From assembly GCA_900617105.1 (NCBI GenBank), contig UYFQ01000604.1:1-55776 (forward strand): a DNA stretch of 55,776 bases. The letters run 5' to 3'. Below are positions 22,833 to 33,584 of this stretch, piece by piece. Each line of letters starts with the position of its first letter. The first letter of the stretch is position 1. Both the position numbers and the translations under genes were made by a program. The notes under the pieces are model-generated. The model did not search any database, was not told the DNA's origin, and saw only the letters and a list, made by a program, of their open reading frames with translations. The stretch is from Hydrurus foetidus (Eukaryota).

Positions 22833-24284
22833 TTAAACACATTTCTTCTTTAACCACTTCACATCATTGATTGAATGTTTATAGGCAAAGTGATCTACCA
22901 ATTTCTTATTTAATTGACTATAAGAAGTTTCATATTCTTCCACTTCGTCTCCATGTGAAAATTCGAAAATATCTCTGTTACGTTCTACTCCTATATAACT
23001 GTAATCACTAATGGATGTTAAATTTCTAACTCTGCTCAAATGCTGACGAAAAATAAACATATCTTCTGCAGCATGTTCACCATCTCTACCAGCATAATTA
23101 ACATCTTTTTCCCAACGCACATCCAGACCATCAAATGTAAGTAATAAATTATGAAAGATACAGCAAGTGAAGAACATATTATCAACTACATCTCTTGTAT
23201 TATAAAATATAGGTACTTTTAAACAACGAAATCTACCTTTTAATGAACCAAATGTACACTCAACATCTTTCCGCACTGACTCAGCCCATTCGCTCCACAG
23301 AGCTTCTTTTTTAATAGCTGAGTGTCTCAACGGACACTGAAGACACCTCCACTTATGATACCCTCCATCAACAAGAAGATAACATCCCTTCTCCAGATAT
23401 TCTTCTCCATTTTCTTTGCACATCTTGTATCTCACATTCGAATAAAGATCTTCGTCATGAATTGCTGAAACAAATCCATCAAAACGAACAATCGTTTTGT
23501 CATTTTTCGCTCCAGGAAATCCTTTCGTAGCAGAAATAATTTTAGAGGTATGATCGACAGTAACCTCATATGATATTGTTGGGTAACCCTCCTTCCCTTT
23601 GTGTAAAGATCTATCTCCCACTGGACACCTTTCCCATCGGATATGAACACAGTCTGTACTGCCAATACATCCAGGGAAACCCAATCTATCGTAGACGCTT
23701 AAAGTCCTGTTAACCTCATCATCAGTCAAAGGTGCGTTGCAGTAAATCTCGAAATATTTCTTTGAAAAGAGAGAGCAAAAAGAGTGAAAGAAAATCCTGT
23801 TGCATTCAGCACTGATAAAGGAAAGCTCCTCAATTCCATCGAAACAATAACCTCTACCCAGAACACGTAAAACTCCAAGAATTTTAAGCTCTAACGGAGC
23901 ACCTCTTCTACCAGACGCATCTCCTCTCTCCGTAAACCAATTGTTCTCTCTCGTAAGTGCAACTATTCTTTCGAATAGAGGAAAAGGAACCCGAAAGCGA
24001 AGTCTAAATAGAACTCCACCTTTCCTATCACCAGGATCACGAGTTCTCGGATTAAGAAGCATTCTCCCCCAGGTTGAATACTCGTACATTGGACGGTCCT
24101 CTGACTTTCGCATACGGAAGACTATCATCTTATACTTGCTATCATTGACTTCCTCATCATCGTAAGGATTCATAGCTAACATTTTGCGACGTTTAGCGGA
24201 TGCCTCTTCCGCTAGATTAATTGCATACATGACCGCCGCAGAGTTAGCATACTCGTTCACCATAGAGTATTCAGAGTCGTACAT
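22833..24284 (-). CDS. PIF/Harbinger DDE nuclease (HARBI1-like transposase)
   Basis: Motifs FRLRFRV, GFPGCIGSTDCVH, GAKNDKT, LVDGGY, RKDVECTFGSLKGRF, CCIFHN. Uninterrupted 483 aa. Confidence 0.94.
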   Translation of the reverse strand: MYDSEYSMVNEYANSAAVMYAINLAEEASAKRRKMLAMNPYDDEEVNDSKYKMIVFRMRKSEDRPMYEYSTWGRMLLNPRTRDPGDRKGGVLFRLRFRVPFPLFERIVALTRENNWFTERGDASGRRGAPLELKILGVLRVLGRGYCFDGIEELSFISAECNRIFFHSFCSLFSKKYFEIYCNAPLTDDEVNRTLSVYDRLGFPGCIGSTDCVHIRWERCPVGDRSLHKGKEGYPTISYEVTVDHTSKIISATKGFPGAKNDKTIVRFDGFVSAIHDEDLYSNVRYKMCKENGEEYLEKGCYLLVDGGYHKWRCLQCPLRHSAIKKEALWSEWAESVRKDVECTFGSLKGRFRCLKVPIFYNTRDVVDNMFFTCCIFHNLLLTFDGLDVRWEKDVNYAGRDGEHAAEDMFIFRQHLSRVRNLTSISDYSYIGVERNRDIFEFSHGDEVEEYETSYSQLNKKLVDHFAYKHSINDVKWLKKKCV

Positions 24285-24842
24285 TTTGTCTGCTGAAGGT
24301 TACTTTTAACGAAGTAGAAATTGTGTCGAGGTTTGACTTATAGCCAACCTTTCGAAGACTTTCAGAAACAAGTAATTCAGAAAAATGTTTCAGTGATCCT
24401 TATAAGGGCTACAAAAAGCCAAAACGAATTTTAAAATACAGATTTTAGGATTTCGTTTCAGTGATCCTTATAAGGGTCAGCCCGGGGTCAATCACCAATA
24501 CGGATTGTTGATCACGATTTTTTTGAAATCCGTATTCCGTAATCGGTGCGCTATAAGGTTTGGCCTTACTACACACAGATCGGTCAAGATCGGATTCCAT
24601 CATTGCCAGCACAGCACGACGATGGATGATGGATGACGGCAATGGACAATGGACATGGCAGTACTAGCAAAGGTGCACTAAAAACCATATCTGTGGAGGA
24701 CTGGAGACAAGACTCCTCGAGATCACAAGCGAGGGAACAACAGTTCCATCTAAAACAGATAAAAATCCAACGTAACTTCTCTGCGTTACACTATATTCGA
24801 AGGACTCGATTGTGTCGACTTGGAATCAGCGTGACTCCCTCA

Positions 24843-25343
24843 ATGTTGAACCTTTTGCGAGTTGCAATGATCGCTAGCGCGATCATGCTACCCACAAAGT
24901 CCTTCATGTTGAAGCAGACTAGACACTGCACAGCATCTTCCTCAAGCTTCAGCAGAGCGAGCATGTTTAAGGCTAATGGTGGCGAACCGAAGTTTCCGTC
25001 CATAGACGAAACATCTCGACAAATCAAACTTGCGAACGTTCTGAAGGACTATAAAGAAGGCAACGAAAACAAGAACTCAGTATTTGAAGACCATGTAACA
25101 TTCCCTTCTGAGTTCATGATCAAGGTGATCGGTCTTAATGAGCCAACATTTGTTCTGGACATCGTCAACAGTGTTGCGACCATTGTCAACCAGGCACCTG
25201 AGAAAATATCATTTACAACGAAAGAAGCAGCAGGTGGAAAATATCTTTCAATATCTATCAAACCGTTCTTTAATGATGCAAGTGAGGTGTACGCGGCTTA
25301 TGATGCAGTATCGAAAGACACAAGAGTGAAATTCGTTATCTAG
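24843..25343 (+). CDS. DUF493/YbeD-like protein with bipartite plastid-type presequence
   Basis: C-terminal FPSEFMIKVIG...GGKYLSISI...VYAAY...RVKFVI is typical of the YbeD/HP0495-like fold. Start chosen at MLNLLRVAMIASAIMLPTKS|FM (signal peptide with Phe at +1). The upstream ATG at 24633 is less plausible. Confidence 0.8.
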   Translation: MLNLLRVAMIASAIMLPTKSFMLKQTRHCTASSSSFSRASMFKANGGEPKFPSIDETSRQIKLANVLKDYKEGNENKNSVFEDHVTFPSEFMIKVIGLNEPTFVLDIVNSVATIVNQAPEKISFTTKEAAGGKYLSISIKPFFNDASEVYAAYDAVSKDTRVKFVI

Positions 25344-26022
25344 GCAACTGGTGGTGATTATTGTTCGAGATGATCAATGTGTGAGGTCAGCTCTATTGAT
25401 GATGCAGTCGGGAAACGATTATAATGGAATCCACTTGTGTCAGAGACAGAAGCAGAAGGCTACATCTATTTTAGGGAGCACATACCGAAGTCTTTCGTCT
25501 AGTTTGCGCAACATCTCTTCCTCTACCGACTCAAAGATCATTGGCACTGCAACGACCTCTCAATTTCTTACGAAGTAGGAACAATGTGTTAGCTTAGTGG
25601 CCTTGTAAAGCAATTGCCATCATGTATCCGCACCAACAATAGAAGTAGAAGAAAAAGAATTCGCTTAACTTCGCCAAGTCGTATTTATTTGTATCACAGC
25701 AAGAATAAGAATGCAACTGTTTACTACACGAATCAAACTTTTTAATTTTCAGAGATAACGATCCCATGTGAAGCACACACCACGTGTCGCTGAAAGAACG
25801 GTGACTTCGACTGTAAAGGTGTTGATGGCATGTACTGGTGAGATTATGTAAACACGATGTGGTTAACCATGACGAATATGGTAATAGTCAATCACAACGA
25901 TTAAGGACCTCCGAATATCAAGTAAAGAAACGGCATACAGAATACGTCGCATGTTGACCGTGTGTGACCATAATGGACACTCGTTACTTTGTCTCAATGA
26001 TGTCACCATGTGCTCCGTATTC

Positions 26023-26166
26023 TATTGTCGAAGTCAAAGCGAAACAGTAGTTTTGAGGATTTTCTTGAAGCACATTTCACGAATATGGTGTGATATACGT
26101 TGATTTCAGCGGTCATTTTTGAGTACGAAAATACACTTTTCCTGTTTAGTTGTGACTTCGACAACA
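26023..26166. mobile_element. 144-bp MITE family B, copy 1
   Basis: Termini TATTGTCGAAGTCA...TGACTTCGACAACA. Same length and interior (TCATTTTTGAGTACGAAAATAC) as 35645-35788. Confidence 0.8.
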
Positions 26167-26288
26167 GCATTCTCTGCCCTCTTTATTTTGAGCAACGGAA
26201 TAGAACTAGTGAACAGTGATAATGACCCTCTTCTCTCTCCCCCATGCTCCCACACGCGCTCAATCATACTGCCAAACTTCATGGAGGC

Positions 26289-29200
26289 TTAAGGCGACTT
26301 CATAATAAGAGCGGCATTGATGAGTGCATCCGAACTTGTGCTTTTGTATCTCGCACTTGTAGGAGAATTTGACAGATCCACGAATCCCGATTCATATGCA
26401 GGTTCTGACAGAGGTAAACTCGCTTTGGAAAAATCTTCGTAGCGCACTAAAGATGAAGCGTTCACTTTGCCAGTATAACTTTTTTGTCTGCTTAAAAATT
26501 CCAATAGCTGTGTGTTGTCTGATGCGTGTGTTTGGGTAACCATGACTTTGCCAAGTGCTATATCTGCAAGGGATGTGACTACATTTTCGGGCCCCGAACC
26601 CGTTCCGGCCACCCCTCCGGACCCTCCCCGTCCTGTTGCTTTTTGACGCCATTTATTGCTCTCAGCCAATATTCGTAAATTTGAAGCAGAGATGAGGTCA
26701 TTTGGTCCGGTGCGCTTTATTGAATTTGATCCGATCAGTTGAAGTAATTTCTGTAACGGTTTCGTGTCAGAAAACCATTTCAATCCTCCAATTGCGATTT
26801 TCTTTTCGAGCACTGCTATATCTTTCAAATCTCGTGCCAATTGTCTAAATTGAATTTGGTCCTTAAATAGGACGTTAAGAATGACTAAGATGCCATCTGC
26901 CAGTGCTTGCGTGAGCTGTGGTAAAAGTAGTAGACGCAATAAAGTCTTCAATAGCGACCGCGATATTTCTTGAAAGGCTGGGGTTGAGGTGAGTATTTTT
27001 TGCACTTCCTGACTTCGTGCTGCGAATAACAACATTCCTAAGCACAGATCGAGTAGCACCAATAGCTCTTGAGGCACCACATCAAATGTAGCGGATGAAA
27101 TAGTGAAAGGACCGGTCGTGATGGAGGAGTCGTCAGTCGCGCTTCGAGACGTGTTTACTCTGCTTTGCGACTGTCTCTTCGCGTCTAATGAGAGGGCAGC
27201 CATGCCAATGGCTACACTGTCATTCCCGACCGCTTCTCGTGTTACTTTAGAGTTGCTTGCAAACGCTGCTGCAAGTATCTCCATCAACAGAGAGAAGAAA
27301 GCTTGATTGAGCCACTCAAGCGCACCGTCCTCCACTATCAGAAGCTGTAAATTATCTGTTTTCGCTGCATTTTTAGTGTTCTGAATATCACTGTCAGCAC
27401 TGCCGCTTGTCGCTGCAAGCACAGTAAGTGCTAGTATGCACCATAGTCGTAAAGATGAGGCGGGATTGGTGTCAGTGTCTGAAAAATTGGTATTTCTTCT
27501 CTCTGATAAAGATCCGTTGTGCGACCCCGTGTGGCAACTGTCAACATTGCCAATGCTGCAACTCTCAGCATTATCCATGGAGTAGCTCTGCCCTATTACA
27601 CCCTCTGAGAACACCGCTGTGCTGGTCTTTGGATCATAAAAACTGAAGTCGGAAGGCAGCTGTATGAGAAGTTTTGTCGTGTGTGAAGTGAGTTCCGTCC
27701 CGGATGTGTGGAGATATTGCCGGCCAATAGGAGTCGATCCGATAGCAACGATAAGTCGATACAGCGACTCACACAGACACTGTGAAGCCTCTAAAAACAC
27801 CACTGTGCTATTTTTTTCCAATTTCAACTCTCCCTTGCTTGTGTCATCATTTGCCCTCCCTCTTGATCGATGGGAAGAGTGAGACAACGACACTGCCAAG
27901 GAGTCATACATCCTCGATTTGACTGGGAGAAAGCACCGCAATGCTTCTATGAACCCAACGACCCCCTCATTGCGCATACTGGTCGCAATCAACTGTGCCC
28001 AATTGCTCGTATCTGGTTCCATTCTTTCTATGCTGGCTCTCCTCTTGCACCGTTTAACAATTCCGAGGATGTCATTACGCACCAATACAGCCACGACAGA
28101 GTCCCTCGACTTCTCTGTATGGTCCTCTTTGTCCGGTCTGACGATAATGTGGGCTAGTGTGCATGCTAATGAGCTGGCACTCATAGCAGCAGTGATAGCA
28201 TATTTCATTTTGGTAGCTTGGGAAGGCTCCAATATAGAGTCGTGTGTCGTGTGTGGGGTAACAATGTTAACATCCTCAGTGCATTCAATTAAGAAATTCT
28301 CCACTTCATGCACTTTAGAGTATAAATCCGACGCGATTTCTTCGAATTTGAGTGAGTGTACGTCAATCTCCCTCACTTTTTTTCTTCGTTTGTTTTTGAG
28401 TTCACTAGGTGTTGAGCGCGCTGCATGTCTGTGTCGTCTACTGGTGGCTAATGCTGTAGCAGCTGATGCTGATCTACCCTCCTCTCTGTCCCTATCTCTA
28501 TCCCTGTCTCTTTCCCTCGCCTTTACACTGAGAGATGGAGGTGTACGTGATTTATAATGTGGTTGAGCCTCATGCAATACTGGCAACGCTTCACGGAAAA
28601 AGTCGAATTTCCGTTTAAACGTGGTCAGAAAAGTCTGATCCAACGCATCTCCAATTTCTATAGCTCCCAGGAGATCTGAAGTAATGTCGATTATAGCTTG
28701 ACTGAATCGCACAAGTTTGTCCTCTCGATCTTTAAATATCTCCACCACTTCTTGTGATGTCGCTGCATATTTCGCATCAGAAGATGTTGGTGCGTTAATA
28801 CCAACTGACCCCGAAGATTTTCCTGAATCTTTTCCAGAATATTTTGCGTACATATTGTATAGATCAGGTAGAGACTTGTCAAGACAACCCACTCCCATTG
28901 TCGCAAAGAAATTCGTTAGGAATGTTTCAACTCTCAGACGTGATGATGGTACCCAGTCCTTGAATATCAATGCGATGTAATCATAGTTAGTTGTGTTGAG
29001 GTCACAATAAAACAGCAACTTTTGGGAATTTCATAAAGCATACTTTGTATTTTGAATTCGACGAATATAGAGTGGTACGAGATGGTCTCAGTGATCATTT
29101 TATAAAACGAGAATATGATATTCCTGTTATGGTGTGGCTTTGACAATAAGTTGCTCACAGATAATCAGCAGGTTTCGTTGATCAAATTTAATGGGAGATA

Positions 29201-30082
29201 AACATTATTCCAATATTACACAGTGGTGAGACAAAATCACGGCAGAGGGAATACTGATGAACATACAGTGATAAATTGTTGACAATGTTAAAAAAATAGA
29301 GGAGGAAGTTACACAGCACTAGAAATGAAATATAATGAATTAAAACAAACGAATAAAAAGAGAGGTCAATAAAATAAAATGAAATAAATGAACAAACCTG
29401 TAAGAAGAGTTCTTTGCACTGAGGATGTGTTGGAGGAAAAGCTATCTTATGCAATCCGCGGTAATTGTGGAATTCACTACCTTGAGTGGCTACACAAGAT
29501 CCACGAGATTCATAGAAATGCTTGAATACAGTCATCGATCTGGCAGCTGCTTTGGCAGCAGCGTGTGGTGCATCTATCATGTTACAATTTTAAGTATTTT
29601 GAGATGGGAAATTATGAGACGGATATCATCCTGTAAGAATCAAAGATCTAATTCTGCGCTGGCAGATATAATAAGCTATTAATTTTTTTAGACATAGGCA
29701 ATCACTGTGAGTCCTCACCGACTTTCCGGATGACTTCAGCTCGAAAAGGATAGACTGCGCAGTGAAGGTTGCATAGGTATTCGACAGCCTTCATTTCGTA
29801 GGCAAGCGTAGTTGACAAAGATTCATTCGAAGATTGTACGACGTAGCTTTCCCAGAGAGATAGCAGCAAGGCGTAATCGCCGGAGTCAAAGGCAGCTAGA
29901 ATTTTGCCTGCGATGATTGGCTTCTCATCATCATTTTGGTATTGATCTCGAAAAAAATCTCTTTTCCGCAGAAGAGATAGACTTGCTTCACCACAATTGC
30001 GAAAAAGAAGATAATCTGACACCATCTTGTCGAGATCGAGTAAATTAGTAACTTTTGACGGGGGCGAACTAGGTGCCATCAT
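26289..30082 (-). CDS. ARMC9: LisH/armadillo protein ARMC9-like (ciliary); exons 30082-29719, 29573-29398, 28958-26289
   Basis: N-terminal LisH-like (LDKMVSDYLLFR), AFDSGD..LWESYV, EYLCNLHCAVYPF, FKHFYESRG, THPQCKELF.DW match the ARMC9 N-terminal signature. Introns are in frame and the C-terminus is helical-repeat-like. Confidence 0.82.
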
Positions 30083-31153
30083 AACATATGCTTTAGTCGG
30101 TTAAAAGTTTTAATTGGATGAACATCACATCAATTTATCAGCTGCGTCTTTTGCTCATCGAGCAGCTGCGCTTTCTTGCCAGCTTTAGATGTAGATTCTT
30201 CGTCGTAGATAACTCTTTGAAGACAATAGATACCTACTCAACTCAGATCAACTCCTCCCAACTCCAAACTCAACTCTCCCCTACTTTTATTTGAGCAGTT
30301 TCGCAGTTCCACTCTTCGGCATATTATACCGTCCGTGCCGTGACTACCGTTTGGAACTGCCGACAAGTACGTAGTTACCAACTTTGTTCTGATACAGCAG
30401 AGTTGTGTTCATATTACGGAGACAGAATAAAATGTCCAAAACAGACAGGTTTGAGCACTGTTGAAATCACCCTCTCCACCTTGGATTCGTTTGATCCAAC
30501 TTGGATAATTTATTCTGTCTCCGTAGTACTGACTTGGGTATGGTACTGACTGAATCATTGGACAGAAATTCTCCATCTGAAGATTGCGGTCATGAAAACT
30601 GGAACATTTTGCCTTCTGAGATACTTTACAATACCACTGACGCACTAAAAGATTTAAATACTTGTTTTGTATTATCTAAGTCAGAGCAAAAGAGCAGTTT
30701 AAGGATCATCTATAAACACATTTCGCGATTATACGGTGCGAAAATTTGTTCTCACAGTAATTATTTTCGAGAACAGAAATACCATATTCCTGATTACTTG
30801 TGACTCGGACAATATCCGTGGGAAATAGAAATAAGAAATTCCAGCTTTTCAGTTTCAGCACAGTACGTAAAAAAGTCTTTTTAATTTGGTAAGTTTTCTA
30901 TTGGTTTACATGTTTAATTCATAATTATGGGATGATCGGGTGTATTCCACATCTATTTTACTGGTAAATTATGTATGGAGTATTTGTAACTATTCGGTGA
31001 GAGTTATTATAGTGAGAGTGCATCTCAGATTACTTATCTTCTCAGCATAACAAAGTACGGGAAGAATAGCAGAAAAATGAAATATATATGATACAAAGAC
31101 AATTTCTATTAGCTATCATCTATCAAAGTAAATAATGCAAACGGTTGACTTCA

Positions 31154-32317
31154 TTAAACTCTAGACGTGTTGTAACCCTTGCAAAACTTGCACTCCATTC
31201 CTAAGAAGTGAAAACTCGCGGTTGATCTTTTCTCGCAGTCATTGCAGCTGATGAGAGTGGTGAGATCTTTCTTCAAGCTTCTCAGATGAAGTGTTGCCGT
31301 AGCTGTTCTATTACTATGTCTCCCTAAAGACCACCCTAAAAGTCTGCCATGGTATAAATTGACGTCAGGAACAAGGGTGCCGTCTTCAGATGTCTTATGA
31401 ACCGCTGCTTCTATTCGGTCTACCACGAACTGACCGTATGGTGACGATACCTCGTCTCCGATGTTGATAGCTATGAGTTCGGACGGTATTGGCTGCATCT
31501 CTATTGATGACCGTATTGCATCCCAATATACTCGCATGGACTCGGCTGGTAGGAGGGATTTCCTGCATGTGGGGCACTTCGGCACCATTCCTCTGTCGTG
31601 ACTCCACGCACGTTGGAGACACTCGTAGTGACCCACATGGCCGCAACGCAATATGACACAGCGCTTTTGAGAAGAGTGGGTGGCTTCTAGACACAGAGGA
31701 CATCGCTGATGCTTCATGGAGAGAACCGTGCAGATGTGCGTTGGTTTCGTTGAAATGTGGAAGCACGCCTCGCATTTGTTGCAGTGGAAAAGGGAGTCAG
31801 AGGAGCCCACTCTGCAGAGACCGCATCCGTGGCAGTGGTGAATGTCTGATTGAGTCCACACGAGACATTCCGCGCAATAATTTGCGCTGAAAATAGTCCC
31901 GCAGCCTTCATTGATGCAAATTCGGCTCGGAGGCTGCTCAGTATCGCAGGTGTTGCATTTTACTGAAACAATCTGAGGAGGCGAGATGTCACAGCCGGCC
32001 TCGAAATGGCAGCGATGGCAGGGATCGACAGTCCCGCAACATGAGAATGAAAAGTTGGAGCACTTCTTTGAGTAGTGTCTGCAAAACTTTGTGCGGTTGT
32101 CCTTCGATGTTGAAACTCTCGATGTTGTCGATGTGGTTGTCGGCAGCCCGTCCTCCCCTCGTTGCGACGATCTGTAGCTTCTAGTCATTATTGTCTGAAT
32201 CGCGCGTGTCTTCTCGTTTGGAGAAAGGCTCTCATTTTTCCTGACATCCTGGATGAGCCTTCTCAATTCGGAATCACCAGAAAAATGGGAGCTGTCGAAG
32301 CCACAAGAGCTGCGCAT
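31154..32317 (-). CDS. RCHY1: CHY zinc finger / CTCHY / RING-H2 / zinc-ribbon E3 ligase (Pirh2-like), intronless
   Basis: CRHY..C..CC...CHRCH, CNTC..Q..C, HHCHGCGLCRVG, CPLCLE..CGHVGH..C..CPTC, and terminal CNDC..FHFLGMECKFCKGYNT. First in-frame ATG at 32317. Confidence 0.9.
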   Translation of the reverse strand: MRSSCGFDSSHFSGDSELRRLIQDVRKNESLSPNEKTRAIQTIMTRSYRSSQRGEDGLPTTTSTTSRVSTSKDNRTKFCRHYSKKCSNFSFSCCGTVDPCHRCHFEAGCDISPPQIVSVKCNTCDTEQPPSRICINEGCGTIFSANYCAECLVWTQSDIHHCHGCGLCRVGSSDSLFHCNKCEACFHISTKPTHICTVLSMKHQRCPLCLEATHSSQKRCVILRCGHVGHYECLQRAWSHDRGMVPKCPTCRKSLLPAESMRVYWDAIRSSIEMQPIPSELIAINIGDEVSSPYGQFVVDRIEAAVHKTSEDGTLVPDVNLYHGRLLGWSLGRHSNRTATATLHLRSLKKDLTTLISCNDCEKRSTASFHFLGMECKFCKGYNTSRV

Positions 32318-32647
32318 GGCGTGGATTGGCAATAGAAGAGTTTCTGAAAGAGCTTCAGGACCGCTGGCTAGGAGATAGGCCGACGTTGTATTGAATGTTT
32401 GGCACCGACCGGATCTGTCATGAGCAATGTCAAGTCAGGTCACCATGCCAAACTTCGAATCAAGATCACTTCGAGGACTCGAAATTGCAAATTATACTTC
32501 TCTCCAAAAGTGCTGTATGCGAGGAAGGTCGTCACCGATTCGCATGTCGCAACAATGAAGGGGGTATAAAGGAAGAAGGGAAAGTCCGGATAAAGTTCTG
32601 GACGTACGTACCCCCTTCTGCTTCGAAAAAAAAACCCTTTTTGAATA

Positions 32648-33099
32648 CCGTCGAGTGCCCTATGTTTTATTTTTTAGGTGGACATAAGGAACCCATTTTT
32701 CACTGAGAATCACGGATTTACCTTTTTTGGAAAATTTCCGGATTTCCATCTATCTTCATCAATATTGCGATTCAAGACCGCAAAATATGATTTTCGGATT
32801 CAGCATGATTTTTTAAGCAGACAGAAATCTCTAAATATTGTCTTCGGAAGAAAATCGATGAAGTGCAGCTATCCAAAGTGGTGAAGGTTGAAAAATCAGC
32901 CGCATATAACTATTTTCCAACTTATCGATAGCAAAATGTAAATTGAGCAGAATGCGCAGATAAGCTAGCGCATTAATCAGAGCTTTCGAGCGACACGATT
33001 GGATTCGTAAAAGTGCATAATTTAGCCAAAAAACATCCAAAAAAGCAGTAAAAGTTGATATTTTCCGAACACGGAAATAAAAGAAAGGGCACTCGACGG
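32648..33099. mobile_element. 452-bp non-autonomous Tc1/mariner-type element (MITE family C)
   Basis: TIR CCGTCGAGTGCCCT(A/T)T(G/C)TTTTATTT (14 bp perfect, 25 bp with 2 mismatches), flanked by TA on both sides. No coding capacity. Confidence 0.88.
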
Positions 33100-33225
33100 T
33101 AGGCGGAGGGGAGGTATCACGAATGATTTTTCAAGTTTCTTTCTGCGATAATCAATGACACTGACGCAAAGCGGAAAGATTACTGATAATGATTAATTCA
33201 ACGATTCTTTTGCGTTAATCCAATT

Positions 33226-33529
33226 TCAAAGAATGCTGATGCTAATTTTGGCCAATAGATAAGCGGTGTCAGATGGAGTGATAATATCTGCATCATCTGC
33301 CCATGGCAAGCAGGAATTACTTATAACGCAGGAATTTAATAATTGATTATCAGGCTGATTAACGATGATATTGCTGCTGTTTTCAGATGATTGAACTTGA
33401 CTGTACTCCATTAAGTTTAATTTACTCGCTACACCATTCTTATTCTTTGCAGTTTTTGCAGATTTTTGATTTGATTTTTGTTCGAATTTTCTCTCAGCAT
33501 CGAAATTGATATAACTTGTTCTCTTTTCA

Positions 33530-33584
<55 letters not shown>

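Larger units (their letters stand above)
20706..24565. mobile_element. Autonomous PIF/Harbinger DNA transposon
   Basis: Perfect 18-bp TIRs GGCCAAACCTTATAGCGC, TTA TSD (20703-20705 and 24566-24568), two convergent genes, and a subterminal direct repeat TTTCAGTGATCCTTATAAGGG (~24388 and ~24456). Confidence 0.95.
14443..24573 (-). mobile_element. Full-length Ty1/copia LTR retrotransposon (CoDi-like), containing a nested Harbinger
   Basis: LTRs run TGTAG...CAACA on the minus strand. 5-bp TSD CACAG at 14438-14442 and 24574-24578. Domain order gag-PR-IN-RT-RNaseH. PPT AGGGGTG (14813-14807) abuts the 3' LTR. Confidence 0.95.
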
